A stretch of 63,649 nucleotides of DNA, the filler included, from Octopus bimaculoides (taxonomy: Eukaryota): assembly GCF_001194135.2 (NCBI RefSeq). It is 5 parts of 4 records of this genome, joined end to end, with 100 filler letters (N's around TTAATTAATTAA, not from the genome) between each part and the next. Parts side by side here need not be neighbours in the genome. Positions count along the whole stretch, not along the records: positions 10,016 to 39,881 come from NC_068982.1; 4 more parts are not named here. One strand, given 5' to 3'. The position numbers and the translations under genes were made by a program. This document shows, one piece after another, positions 25,121-39,099 of the stretch. The notes under the pieces were generated by a model. The model did no database searches, was not told the DNA's origin, and was given only the letters and a program-made list of their open reading frames with translations. Positions within the stretch are counted from its first letter, which is position 1, and each line of letters starts with the position of its first letter.

Positions 25121-25454
25121 ACTAATAAAATATTGCAAAACAGTTTAATGCTTTATGAATTCTGCCTGTTATTATTACCTTATACTTCATTTTTTTTTTT
25201 AATATGAACACAAACGTTTATCCACACACACATAGCAGAGTCACACATATTGCGATTTGAAAAATTCTGATTGAATAAAAATATTCATCGAATTAGTTGA
25301 CAAAAATCCTCTAGAGTCGTTTAAGGCCGAGAAGCAACAAACATGAGAAATAACTCCGATAATATCAGACAACTGAAATTTTCAAATGATACAGGTGATG
25401 CAGTTAGAGAACAGATCTTTAGAGACAAATAGTTAAAGCAACGGAGATATTCCA

Positions 25455-25857
25455 GCTTTATTAGACCTCATCGTTGTTGGCACTCCATCGCTTACGATGT
25501 CGAGGGTTCCAAGTAATCCCATCAACGGAACAGCCTGCTCGTGAAATTAACGTGCAAGTGGCTGAGCACTCCACAGACACGTGTATCCTTAACGTAGTTC
25601 TCAGGGATATTCAGCGTGACACAGTGTGACAAGGCTGACCCTTTGAATTACAAGCACAACAGAAACAGGAAGAAAGAGTGAGAGAAAGTTGTGGTGAAAG
25701 AGTACAGCAGGGTTCGCCACCATCCCCTGCCGGAGCCTCGTGGAGCTTTAGATGTTTTCGCTCAATAAACACTCACAACGCCTGGTCTGGGAATGGAAAC
25801 CGCGATCCTATGACCGCGAGTCCGCTGTTCTAACCACTGGGCCATTGCGCCTCCACT
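25455..25857 (-). mobile_element. SINE family C (tRNA-Arg-like head)
   Basis: Reverse complement begins GTGGAGGCGCAATGGCCCAGTGGTTAGAACAGCGGACTCGCGG (A box, TCG anticodon-like loop). A diverged copy at 35340-35640(+) shares ctacgttaa.ggtac.c.tgtctgtgga.t..tcagccactt.ca.gttaatttcacgagcag.ctgttcc. Confidence 0.85.
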
Positions 25858-25967
25858 AGAACTCATCAAATGAAGTATATTTAGCTGGGTTGGTAAAACC
25901 GCATATTTTTTCCACTACTTTCAGCTCCATAGCTACGGCTATGCTGGGGTCCCACCGTTAGTTTTGC

Positions 25968-26147
25968 AACACTAATAAACACTAATAAAGACTAATAAAT
26001 AAAAATCCTATCATCTCGTTTTTTACTCTAGCAAATTCCTTGATATTGTCTATGTAGGCACTTTGATTTATGTCTATATCACATTTATGTCTATATATTT
26101 ATGTCTATAGATGTATGTCTATATCACATTTATGTCTATATCACATT
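25968..26147. repeat. Short minisatellites: (ACTAATAAAC)-type x3 and (TTTATGTCTATATCACA)-type x5
   Basis: Read directly at 25968-26005 and 26068-26147. Confidence 0.7.
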
Positions 26148-26269
26148 TCAACCATTTTGGCGGCTGGATTTGATTTAAGGGAGATTTGCTGATATTCCTA
26201 ACGTGGAGAGATGCCTCTGGTTAGCTCCTAAACTATTTATTAGTGTGCGTCATTAATTATCTTTTATAC

Positions 26270-26460
26270 TATAGTCACAAGGCCTGAAAGTTTGTGGGAA
26301 GAATGTAGTCAATTGCATGACTGGTACTTACTTTATCGTTCCCGAAAGGATGAAACGAAAACTCAACTTCAGAGAAATTTGAATTCAGAGCATGAAGCCG
26401 GAAGAAATGTCGCGAAGCATTTTTTCTGGCGCGCTAATAATTCTATGTACCGCCGCCTTT
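26270..26460 (-). mobile_element. SINE family A, diverged
   Basis: ctggtacttactttatcg..cccgaaaggatgaaa...tttgaattcagagc...gcgctaataattc. Confidence 0.75.
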
Positions 26461-27323
26461 AAACAGCATTTAATAATAAAAGACATAAATCGCGAGAAGA
26501 GCATGGTAATTATTATCTTGTAGAGCAGTCAACCAACGAATGAGGAACGAAGCATCTAAAGTGAGTGCTAGAAACATCAACCGAGTTTCCTCCAAACGCC
26601 TTATCGTTTAAAAAATAGGAAGTTCCCCTTACAAGATGTAGCAGCCGACACCCCTGAAAAAGACGGAAATATCTCGATAGGAAAGCTTTTGATTACAGTT
26701 TCCGTTTGGTCATGTTTGAGTTAGATCTAAACCAGGATACCATCAATAATAGCTGTGAGCAATTTCATGGAACCCTTATGCTACGATCTATTGAATAAAT
26801 GATATTGCGATTCTGTTATATTGCATTGGTAGTTACAGCAGTTCTCACATATGCAAATACAAGAAATGAATAAAGGGATTTTCAAACACATCTAAGTGAG
26901 CAAACATTGAAAAGTCCTTTCACAATGCAGTTATTTACAAAAGACGTGTTATTTCTTTGATTACTACGCTATTATTACCGCTAATTGGTTTTCTTTCGCA
27001 AAAAAACTGTGGCTCATTAATTACAGGTGTGTTTCTGTTTGTATCCGTGTACGTGCGAGCGACGATGTGTGCTCGAGTGAAGCTGTGCTTTTCTGTATGT
27101 GTACACGTCTACGTCTCTGTATCAGCATGTCTGTGTGTTCACATGTGTAGGTGCGTTTGTGCCTGCGCATGCTCCTGTAGATGCTCGTGTGCATAAAGAT
27201 ATGTGTGTATGTGCGCGTAGGAAGGTACGTATGAGAGACTACGTGTGTGTATGTGTGTGTTGTGTGCATGCGAATAAATGAGTAGGTGCGAGTGTGAATG
27301 CCTCTGTATGTATTTGTATGTAC

Positions 27324-27356
<33 letters not shown>

Positions 27357-28000
27357 AGTCCGCGGGCGATTTAGCGCATGCGTATAGTTTGTACGACGCT
27401 TCTCTCAAATTATAAATTTAACGACCCGAAGCATAAACGAACTTGAGATGATTAAAGTGAAAACGCTCGAAGCTCAGTTATGCATTAAAAGACATGTTCC
27501 ACACGATCGCTAATAACCTTCCAGCTTTCAGGGCTGAAGAATAGCAGGTCATCAACAAAGGCCATTTCTATATCACATTCAGAATGTGATGCTGTTTCTT
27601 TTGTTGTTCTTCTTCTTCTTCTTGATGATGATGCTGGGAGGGAGAAGGGGTGATGGTCATGCTTGTGGTGGCGTCGGCGAAAGTTTTGAAGTGGTAATTA
27701 TTGTAGCTGCTTTTGTTTATATAGTAGTAGTAGTAGTAGTAGTAGCTGTTGTTGTTGTTGTTGTTGTCGTTGTTGTTGGTGGTGGTGGTGGTGGTGGTGA
27801 TATTNNNNNNNNNNNNNNNNNNNNNNNNNNNNNNNNNNNNNNNNNNNNNNNNNNNNNNNNNNNNNNNNNNNNNNNNNNNNNNNNNNNNNNNNNNNNNNNN
27901 NNNNNNNNNNNNNNNNNNNNNNNNNNNNNNNNNNTGGTGCAGGTGGTGGTAATGAAGAGGAAGTTTGTGGTGGAAACAATGATGATGACGACGATGATGT

Positions 28001-28032
<32 letters not shown>

Positions 28033-28255
28033 ATGACAATGATGGTGATGGTAGTGGTGGTGGTGATGTTGATGATGGTAGTGTTTGTGAAGGTGGGGGT
28101 AATGGTGGCAGTGGTGGGGCGATGACTATGGTAGTAATGGTATGAATGGTGTCGGTAGTGATGCTACTGTTGTTCTTACTGTTGTTGTTGTTTTCCTGTC
28201 TCTATGGTAATGGAAATAGCCATTAGCAACGACATCTTCATGTCCTTCAACATTT

Positions 28256-28316
<61 letters not shown>

Positions 28317-29074
28317 TCTCTCTTTCCACATACACCTTAATGGCCACCAGAACAGTTTCTCTGAAGCCAAATCTACAGATGAACTATTTTCCTCATTGCT
28401 TTGGAGAAGCTTGTTGTTATAAGCCATGTCATCGCCCTCGACAAAAGTACACCTTTGACCTTGTCTGGCATCCAAATCTTCTCTCGAAACTACCCGCCTA
28501 TAACGTTCACCCGTTTTCCATCTCTCGGTAAATTTTCTCTCCGATCGCATTATCGCTGCGTATGTTTCCGGAACTGTTTCTGTCCCTTATTCTATCACTC
28601 TTGCCATTCAAGAGGATGCGAATTTCCACTCTATCCCTTTTCCTTCTAGACGTCAACGCCTGTTCTTTCCTGAAATTCTCAAAAACAAAGAAAATCTGTT
28701 GGAAAACCGATTATAGCAGCGACTCCACCAGTTCCTAAGGATATCTGAAGAAGGAATTTTATTCCGAAATATCATATCAGACTATCGATGATTAAATTAC
28801 AACAGTTATTATGGTCCATTGTTTACATTATGGTGCATTGTTGTGTCATTCAAAGTATTTTACAAACAATGCACAATGCTTCAAGCGAACTACAATACTC
28901 TCCATACATCGTTCACGTTTAACGTGGACACCAAACTCCAAAAGTCCCATTAGTAACAGGGATTTCGAAAACTCCTCCAAAAAAGATTTATCAATCTTCT
29001 CTCTTTCAACAGTAAGAAGCTGCAAACATTACTCATGTCATCGTTAATCTTTTATCTTTTATTAATTTCATTCA

Positions 29075-29264
29075 TTAGACTGCGGCCATGCTGGGACAGC
29101 GCCTTGAAGAAGTTTTAGACGGATGAATCGAGCCCCTCAGCTTATTTGAAAGCCTAGTACTCATTCTGTCGGTCACTTTTGCCGAACCACTAATTACGGA
29201 GACGTAAACACAACACCATTTGACAAGCAGCGTTGGGGGACAAACACTAGCATAAAGACACGCG

Positions 29265-29305
<41 letters not shown>

Positions 29306-29307
29306 AT

Positions 29308-29353
<46 letters not shown>

Positions 29354-29470
29354 GATGGGCTTCTTTCTGTCTCCTTCAACCAAATCCACTCACAAGGTGT
29401 TGGTCGGCCTTAGGCTATAGAAGTAGACACTTGCTCACGGTACCACACAGTGCTACTGAACCCAGAACTA
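29075..29470 (-). mobile_element. SINE family B with internal (CA)n(TA)n
   Basis: Reverse-complement match to 11905-12255. Confidence 0.85.
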
Positions 29471-29529
29471 TATGACAAACATGATCGTACCACTCACTTT
29501 AATTGTGAGCAGCACATAAGTAGAATCCC

Positions 29530-29880
29530 ACCCAGACCTGTGGCTCTTCTCTTCAGCGCTAGAAGGTACTTTAGCCTCTAAAAACAATTAATACTCTTAA
29601 GTAAATCCTACAATAAAATATTGCTCCTTCATCTGGAACGGTGCAACTTGCTGCCCATAAAGACGTGCCAGATTGCATCCAGTACAGGATCGCCCAACTG
29701 ATTGGTATAAAGTTACTCTCGAACACGGTCTAGCCTCTGCCCTAAAAGCATGCTGTTTCCTCTCTTTGCCTTTTCTAATGCTACTATAACGCCTCTAATC
29801 TTCAGAGGTGGATGGGTTAATGCCAACTCCACGCACGCATTCCTTGTCTAATTAACTCTTCTCCTTTCATCATTCTTGCC
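29530..29880 (+). mobile_element. CR1/Jockey-like LINE 3' fragment, similar to 3215-3650
   Basis: LLFSARRYFSL*KQLILL..NPTIKYCSFIWNGA remnants. Confidence 0.55.
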
Positions 29881-32306
29881 GTGGCAAACCCTCCAGACTG
29901 TCTGCTTATGACTACGCTCCGTCTTCCCTTCCCATGTCATTGGATCCCTGGAATTTCCTTCCTATTCGTATTTCTCTCGCTGACGTTGGCTCACAAAGAT
30001 TCAAGATGGACATTAATAGCATCACCCTTGCTAGGCTAAGAAGACCTACGAAGGCCACATGCAGCTCCCCCGTCCCTGCAGACCCCGTAACTAAAGAATA
30101 AACAAACAAAAAGGCATATGCTAGTGAAGCAAACTCATAATTAAAAGCAATCCAGCAGTGGTCATCCCAGTAGACAGTAAGGTGTGTATTTTGAGAGAAT
30201 TTAGCTGTTATACTTAGCAAGTCGAATAACCATGTACAAGCCTCTTTGTTGGCTTCGTGCTTTTGTTGACCAACTCAGGCGGCCATCATCTAGCTGAGCT
30301 CTGATCGAAGGTATTCGGTCATCACCATCTCATCAGCTTATTATCCTATATACTAAAGTGTCCTTTTCAAAACTTTACAATATGATTTGATAGAGTTTGA
30401 GCTGCTATTTCTAGTATGATGAGTGACCATATAGAAACCTCCTTGTTGGTTTGTGGTGGTTATTGGTGGTGGATGGATTGTTGGCGGTGAAGATGGTGGC
30501 CGCGATGGTAATGGTCGTAGTGCTGCTTCCTTTTGCCATTGTCTAATGTTTACTGAAATGTTACGCAAACATTTCAAAACGCACGACAATTACATTAGTG
30601 TCAATACTGCACCAAAAAAACAGTCATCTCGTCTTAATGTATAAAAGTGGATGTATATGTGGATGTGTGTATGAATGCATGAGCGTATATATGTATGCAT
30701 GTATGCATGTATACATCTGTGTATGTAAGCATTTATGTATATGTGTATGAATACATGTATGTGCGTATGCATGTGTGTGTACATGTATGTATGTTGTAAG
30801 TCGTAGGCCACAGTTTTCCACCGAGATAGCTACGTTTTGCATAGAGCCACACCTTTTCAAGCAGAAAGCTATGTCATTTACATTTCTATATTTATATGTT
30901 TGTGTCTTTTAATATTTATATGTAGCGCCACTCCAACCATCTGAATTGCTTGAATATAACGATTCTAAGAGCATCAGCATTCCTGGACCGACAGGAGATT
31001 GTCAGCTTCTTTTTAAAGAAATTTATCCAAAGTATAATATAGTCGTGTGTATGTATATAATTTAACTATCAATAAACATGGAATACTGCTGCACATTCTA
31101 TATATAAAAACTACTTCAGATTTGCTTTAAAATAACTTCGGCGTTAATATACCAAATTGAAGGGGGATGTAGAAGAGAAAAAGAAGACAACTAGAGTAAG
31201 AGAAAAAGGAAAGAAAAATTATAACGTTGAAAACGAAACAGCCAAAAGTCGCATTTTCGATTTATTTGAATCTTTTCAGCTTCGTGTGTTCGCTATCTAT
31301 AGCTATCATATAGTCATATGTTTATGTCCCAAACTGTCACTTTCATAAAAAATAATGTATAATACAATAATAATTATGAGCCAAGGACAGCATCTTTGTT
31401 GTGTCACTTGACTTGCTAAAAATAATAGTCAAACCGCTTGCAAATAGCACTCTCCTGCAGTGGTTCTTAAGCGGGGTCCGAATAACACTTGGAGGGGTCA
31501 ATATAAGATTTTAAAATTAATCTGCAATATATTTCTACATTACATAAAATATTTTAACACCTTTTTTTATATAGTTCTCAATAATATTTAATTATATAAG
31601 GTATTAAAGGTTTTTTTAAACATTGGAAAACTATGAGAAAACAGGAATCAAAGGGATCCAGAGAGGTCCTTAATAAATGAAAGACATAAAATGAGGGTGT
31701 GTGTTCATAGGTCTGTTGAATAAATAAACAATATATTGATTCGTAATGAGTTATATATATATGAAACAGGCGTGGCTCTGTGATAAGAAGTTTGCTTTCC
31801 AACTGCAGAACTTTTTCCGGGATTTAGCGCGCCAGAGCTGAGACATTTGAAAATAACCTCAATGTAATCGGTAGAACTGTACACACGTCTAATTTTATGG
31901 GGACAACTCGTGTATAGTTCTGCATATTATATTGAATTAGAACGGTCGTACCGACGAGCCACAGTCGTTTTTACGTAAGTAAAGTAGTTAATGGCGAAAC
32001 CGGTCTACGATTAATTCTTTATTTTGTATATTTTCATTTGTCTTACCCGCTTATGTTCTGGTGGTTGCTGAATTTTTCTAGAGAACATTCTTTTCTTTGT
32101 GGTTAGATCGTAGGTGATCTATTTCTAACATAATGAATGTCCACTTAGTGGTTATCCCTTCTTATACGCATATATATATATATATATATTATAATAATAA
32201 TAATAATATTAGGGATAAAAATCCAAATTTACAGGTAAAAACGCAATTAAATTCAATTTATTAAAAATTAAAATTAAATTAAGTTTAACAGTATAAAATA
32301 TATAAA

Positions 32307-32688
32307 TATATAGTTTTAGAGAAAAGAACCAAAGTTCATGAACTAATCCATGAAAATCCACAGTCACATATAGAAAAATTAATGAGCATTTTTATATACA
32401 TTCATTTGTTATTATTGTTGTTGTATTTTGACCTGAAGATTAGCTACATTTTTGAATAGAATTGATTTTCGATCGTTTTAATCAATTTGAACATTTTTTT
32501 TTATTTTCTATTTGAAAATTTGGTTATGAAACACGTGTAGAAATTTTATTATCATTTTCTTATGATATTTACTTTGTATTATATTATACTTATTTATCGT
32601 GTATTTACTTATTCATTTTTCTATATGTGACTGTAGATTTTCATAGATTAGTTCATAAACTTTGGTTCTTTTCTCTAAAACCATATAT
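32307..32688. repeat. ~78-bp inverted repeat enclosing a hammerhead-core-like segment (probable Penelope inverted pLTR)
   Basis: 32307-32384 and 32611-32688 are reverse complements with about 5 mismatches; CTGAAGA at 32433 and GAAACACGTGTA at 32528 lie between them. Confidence 0.65.
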
Positions 32689-33556
32689 ATATATATATAT
32701 ATANNNNNNNNNNNNNNNNNNNNNNNNNNNNNNNNNNNNNNNNNNNNNNNNNNNNNNNNNNNNNNNNNNNNNNNNNNNNNNNNNNNNNNNNNNNNNNNNN
32801 NNNNNNNNNNNNNNNNNNNNNNNNNNNNNNNNNNNNNNNNNNNNNNNNNNNNNNNNNNNNNNNNNNNNNNNNNNNNNNNNNNNNNNNNNNNNNNNNNNNN
32901 NNNNNNNNNNNNNNNNNNNNNNNNNNNNNNNNNNNNNNNNNNNNNNNNNNNNNNNNNNNNNNNNNNNNNNNNNNNNNNNNNNNNNNNNNNNNNNNNNNNN
33001 NNNNNNNNNNNNNNNNNNNNNNNNNNNNNNNNNNNNNNNNNNNNNNNNNNNNNNNNNNNNNNNNNNNNNNNNNNNNNNNNNNNNNNNNNNNNNNNNNNNN
33101 NNNNNNNNNNNNNNNNNNNNNNNNNNNNNNNNNNNNNNNNNNNNNNNNNNNNNNNNNNNNNNNNNNNNNNNNNNNNNNNNNNNNNNNNNNNNNNNNNNNN
33201 NNNNNNNNNNNNNNNNNNNNNNNNNNNNNNNNNNNNNNNNNNNNNNNNNNNNNNNNNNNNNNNNNNNNNNNNNNNNNNNNNNNNNNNNNNNNNNNNNNNN
33301 NNNNNNNNNNNNNNNNNNNNNNNNNNNNNNNNNNNNNNNNNNNNNNNNNNNNNNNNNNNNNNNNNNNNNNNNNNNNNNNNNNNNNNNNNNNNNNNNNNNN
33401 NNNNNNNNNNNNNNNNNNNNNNNNNNNNNNNNNNNNNNNNNNNNNNNNNNNNNNNNNNNNNNNNNNNNNNNNNNNNNNNNNNNNNNNNNNNNNNNNNNNN
33501 NNNNNNNNNNNNNNNNNNNNNNNNNNNNNNNNNNNNNNNNNNNNNNNNNNNNNNNN

Positions 33557-33589
<33 letters not shown>

Positions 33590-34281
33590 CATATATATAC
33601 GTATGTATGCATGTATATATGCATACATATGCATGAATATATGTATATATCTGTCTGAAAATGCATGTGCATGAATGTGCTTGTATGTATACATGTGCTT
33701 CCATGATAGTATTTGTATGTAATTTCCTTTTATGCGCATGCGTGTGCGTTTATGCATGTGCTTAATGCATGAGGGCATCACCCCATATTACATAATCATT
33801 TGTTTGATTCTAGGCACGTCAATGATTAACTTACTGAAATCTCTGGCTTTGCGTACGATACATCAAAACCCTACAGCTAATTTTATGAATATGAAAGCCA
33901 AATCCTAATATCTCCTATATCATCTCAATTTTCTTATGGTTGTTTTATGTCATTACATCCGTTTGTGTGTTTCTCTTCTTCTATACAAGAGTATTATTTC
34001 TGATCAAAGTGCTTTATACTGAGGCGTATTTATTTCTATTTATCACAACGGATTTTGATGGGTTTTTTTTCCTGGCGTAACGTAAGCATCTCATCAAAAG
34101 CGATTACAAATTCATATCTTTAAAATCGTGCTTTGGATCAGTGACATTACAAGTTATTTTTCTCGCTTCCTTTTTTTTTGTTGTCCTTCTTGCCAGCATC
34201 ATTCCCCCTTCTCTCTCTCTACATATATATCTATCTGTCTATCCAGCTCTACCTATCTATACCTTCTCTCTTTCTGTCTCT

Positions 34282-34321
<40 letters not shown>

Positions 34322-35339
34322 ATAATCAGTACAACTGTAGTAACACTGAATACAGAGACTTAACTTTGATTTCGAATTTACATCCTGAAGAAATGTGTAT
34401 TCNNNNNNNNNNNNNNNNNNNNNNNNNNNNNNNNNNNNNNNNNNNNNNNNNNNNNNNNNNNNNNNNNNNNNNNNNNNNNNNNNNNNNNNNNNNNNNNNNN
34501 NNNNNNNNNNNNNNNNNNNNNNNNNNNNNNNNNNNNNNNNNNNNNNNNNNNNNNNNNNNNNNNNNNNNNNNNNNNNNNNNNNNNNNNNNNNNNNNNNNNN
34601 NNNNNNNNNNNNNNNNNNNNNNNNNNNNNNNNNNNNNNNNNNNNNNNNNNNNNNNNNNNNNNNNNNNNNNNNNNNNNNNNNNNNNNNNNNNNNNNNNNNN
34701 NNNNNNNNNNNNNNNNNNNNNNNNNNNNNNNNNNNNNNNNNNNNNNNNNNNNNNNNNNNNNNNNNNNNNNNNNATATATATACTTGTTCAAAGGTGAGTC
34801 TGTGCGAGTTTCTTCTCAGAGTTTCTGGATTCTGATCTTCAGGCGATTGATGAAATGATATCTGAAGCACTTATATTTATACAGTGTTTCTGCCTGTTCA
34901 AGTTATGCTGAAAAACAACTTGCCAGAAATAACTAATTCCACATGAGCTCGTATAACAATGAGTAAAAGATAAATCTGAAAATTTATATAAATTTCTTTA
35001 GAACAAATTCTACAGACGAGGTAATTTTCTAGAGATATATGTTTCTATGGAGAATTCTTATGAAAAAATACAGAAAAAAAACAATGCTTTAATAGAGGTC
35101 CTCAGGCAAACCTAAGAAGGTAGAAATATGTATAAATTAGTTATTAGTGAATAGAAAGATATTTTTCTATTGTTCTTTGCCTGAAGGGGATTTTTTAATA
35201 GGCTATTTTATGAGAATTGAGTTTAGTTTGAAATCAATTCGAATATATATATACACAATTTCCATGAGCAAAACTGCATAGAGTGTGTGTATCACATATG
35301 TATAGAATAAGTAATAGCATGCATTTCCTATTCTACATA

Positions 35340-35640
35340 AATGGCGTGTGACTTAGTGATTAAGGTATCTAGTTCACTATCGTAAGGTCATGCGTTGTAT
35401 CCTCGAGCTACACACTTTTGTTTCACGTTACTCCGGTCCACTCAACTGGCAAAAATGATTAGCACCTGTAATTGAAATAGCCAGCTTTGTTACACTTTGT
35501 GTCATGCTGAATCTCCCTGAGAGCTACGTTAAAGGTACGCATGTCTGTGGAATATTCAGCCACTTACAAGTTAATTTCACGAGCAGTCTGTTCCATTGCA
35601 TAGGTTAACTGGAACACTAGTCGTCGTAAGCGACGAAGAA
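35340..35640 (+). mobile_element. SINE family C, diverged
   Basis: Shares the central and 3' domain with 25455-25857. Confidence 0.7.
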
Positions 35641-37167
35641 CCTGTCCAACGTCGACATCATACATAATCCATCAAACAACAACTTCTGTTTTAACACCAT
35701 GTTTTTCTCTTTATATTTTCAACTTTTCTACTCTCACTTTTTCACTTTAATTAACTACTTCCGTTGTGTTTTATATTTCCGTTTTTCAATTATCCTTCTC
35801 GAACAGACTAAATCAAGCGGGTCTCTGGATTGTGTTCTTTGTGGACACCGAACTTTGGCAGTTGAGCAGCTGATAAATTTTGTATCCTGGTTTGTTTAAT
35901 TTTTGAAATGAGGAAAAGGAGTTGGAGATATGCAGGAACCTTTTAACGCGTAAGATACGATATAAGATGCATGTGGATTATAGGCAAATCTAAACAAATA
36001 CTCAAACACGGTCATTACAAAATCAAATTGCTAACCCTGGAGCTAAAGCAATTTCTATTGTAGACTCGTTAACGAACGATACACACGGAAAATGAGCGAT
36101 CGTTAGTAGTCGTCTTCAGCATATATAATGATCTCAGAATTAGTTATTTTCGTTGCAAAGCCCCAGTCGAGTGGACTGCTGGTTCCGATTTTGACCCCTT
36201 CCTTGTTCGTGTTTATTTTTTATTTTTTATTTTCGTATCAGGTACTGCATCGCTTTAATGTGACCTTCTTATTTCTAAGGCAATAGGACGTAATTTTAGG
36301 AAGAAGTGGCTTCTATTTCTAGGTGGCCGAGCAAACACTTAGAAGCACCCCGTTGTTGTCTCCGTTTAAATTTAGTAAATATCCGAGATGAATATTTATA
36401 AACTACAGAAAAATCGCTATTACAGTTTACAGTTTTCAGTTATATTAGCGATATTAATTGCATTGCTCTCCTTTCCTCGTAACTCGAACATTCACGTGTC
36501 AAGCTGTGTGATTCAAAAAGAACTGACAAATTCAACTGAACGTAACCAAGTGTACAGCAAACCAGTTGTACAAAGAATCCTTTGTACGTGCTTTTGTATG
36601 TATCTGAGTGTGTAAAAAAATTGTTTTTATTCCATGGTGTTTTGTAAAACAAATACCGAATCCCTATACTCTACAGCAAATGTTATTAAACTTTCACAGG
36701 AATTAATGATACAGTATCATACAAGCAGAATAGAGCACAAATTTACTTGTTAATTAACTATGCATGTGTATTAATTAGTTGCTGATAATTAGAGCTGTTC
36801 CAAATTAAGTTTTATTGATTAACTTTTGCGCAATGTCACGTTTATTAAACAGTTTCAAAACCTTATACGGCTAACATGCTAATTCAATAAATTACTAATT
36901 TCACAGCGAAAGCATAATAACAATATTTTCTGACGTAGGCACAAGGCTACCTCTTTCAAGGAAGGGTTATACACAATTTAATCCATCTCATGCATGGATC
37001 GCATTTATTTATCGATCTTAATACTCTGAAATTCAAAGTTGCTCTCAGCAAGATATGAATTAAGAAGGCAAAGGTGCGTGATCAAATACTACTACTACTA
37101 CTACTACTACGTACCATCACCACTGCCACCATTACAACTAGTAGTAGTAGTAATAATAATAGTAACG

Positions 37168-37770
37168 ATTTCAAATTTTGGCACAAGGTCAGTAACTTCG
37201 GGGTAGGGGCTAAGTCAATTACACTGACCCCAGTCTTCAACTGGCACTTATTTTATAGACCACGAAGAGATGAAAGGCAAAGTCGACCCCGGCGGAATTT
37301 GAACTTAGAAGGTAAAAACGGACAAAATACCGCTATGCATTTTGCCCGGTGTGCTAACGATTTCGCCAGCTCGCCACCATATGTCGCCTTTTACATAATA
37401 ATAATAATAATGATAATAATAATAATACCAATAATAATAATAATAAACTTTACTTTATTAAAGGCAGCGGATCTTCGAAAATAGAAACTTTTCTCAACAA
37501 CGCTAAGAGTAAAAGATGTTTTATATGACACATTCTACCAGTATATGAAATTTCAAAGTGTTTAGTTAAAGAACTTTAATTAATGGAGCTGCCCATGTAA
37601 AGGAAAAGGTCCAAGGCAGCGAGCTGGAAGAACCGTTAGTAAACCGGACAAAATGCTTAACGCCATTTTGTCCGTCTTTAAAATAAGTACCAGTTGATTA
37701 CAGGAGTTAATGTAATTGACTTATCTCCTTCCCTGAAATTGCTGGCCTTGTGCCAAAATTTGAAATCAAT
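37168..37770. mobile_element. Two SINE family A copies head-to-head (37168-37380 -, 37612-37770 + deleted), tail type C
   Basis: Consensus match; flanked by (CTA)n/(TAG)n and (ATA)n. Confidence 0.8.
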
Positions 37771-38834
37771 AATCGTTACTTTATTAGGCCTCGAAAAATA
37801 ATGATACAATGCATAATGAAGAGAAAACTTATAAAGATATATATGAAGTGGACTTGACACAAAAGGTGGGAAGTGGTGTGAAAAGATGAAAGAGGATGAA
37901 GTTAAAAATCTATTAAAACATACAATTAAGCAAAAATAAAGGAAACGTATTCTAAAGAAAATATAAATTGTAACATAAAACTAAAACATGTAAAACAATT
38001 AGGTTTCTTGCCTCGTCATGGATGAGACGCCATTGGTTAGGTTGCGGTCAGAGCATCCCACGTGTCTATTCCTCTTGGCCTTCACTCGTACCGCAGCGTA
38101 TACACCCACAGTTACCTTCTAATATATTTTTAGTGATACCCAATCAAGAAAGGTGAGTAACAAGGAGAATGGAATCTACATATGCTCATCTACAACATTT
38201 TGGAGTGAAGTTTGAAGACAGAGACAAGCCAGAACAACAGAGAAGTATTACAGGCAAGGAATGAGAGATTATGATGCGTGGGTAGTGTATAGCAGAGGCC
38301 GATGTGTAGGGTCGATTACATTAGGGTCCATGGTTGATAAAGAAGCGAGGAGATGACATTGTCCAGTAATTTTAGCGTTTGGAGCATTCAGGGAAATTTT
38401 AAAAAATTGCCGGTGTACCGTTAGACCACGATAACCGGGTTCGAATATTTCTGAGCAAATTTTTTAGTGTGTGGTAATTAGCTTGATGTGCCTATAACTA
38501 CAAAAACAAAAGTGAAGTAACCTTTGGACGCTTGCTTGACACGCCATATGCAACAGAACTACACTAAACAACGCAGCGCCAAGCATTTAAGTTTCATTCT
38601 CAGGGAGAGTGCGATGCATTACTGTCATTGTCGAAGTTATTTAGCCACATAGTAACCTTCATCGATCAAAAGCATTCAGTGCCGTCTGCTTTTGCTCAGG
38701 TATTGTATAAGGGAAATTGCGTTAGGTGTTGTTTTTTTCCCCCCTTCTGAATACTATATGCTATGAATGAAATTTAACTATTACTTATTATGTTTGCCCC
38801 GAATATTTCTCGATCAATATGCTTTATTCGATGT

Positions 38835-39068
38835 AGAGCGGCTAGGTGGCAGAATCGTTAGCACGCCGGGAGAAACGCGTAGCAGTATTTCGCCTACCGT
38901 TACGTTCTGAGTTCAAATTCCACCGAGGTCGACTTTGTATTTCATGCTTTCAGGGTCGATTAAGTAAGTAGCAGTTACGCACTGGGGTCGATGTAATCGA
39001 CTTAATCCCTTTATCTGCCCTTATTTGTCCCCTCTATGTTTAGCCCCCTGTGTGCAATAAAGAAATAA
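38835..39068 (+). mobile_element. SINE family A, full length, tail type A
   Basis: A and B boxes, central domain, tail GCCCCCTGTGTGCAATAAAGAAATAA. Confidence 0.9.
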
Positions 39069-39099
39069 ATATGTCTTCGATGCGTTGGGGTATGTACGT

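Noticed and set aside
25790-25857. tRNA-Arg gene
   Set aside because: The tRNA-like part continues into a SINE body; the T-arm/acceptor stem is degenerate and there is no poly-T terminator.
32613-33781. ORFs of 300+ aa spanning N runs (also near 21.4, 34.1, 45.1, 50.3 and 62.9 kb)
   Set aside because: They are made of X codons from assembly gaps plus (TA)n flanks.
38100-38420. Possible LINE fragment on the minus strand
   Set aside because: Only vague similarity to RT thumb sequences; no motif could be read with confidence.
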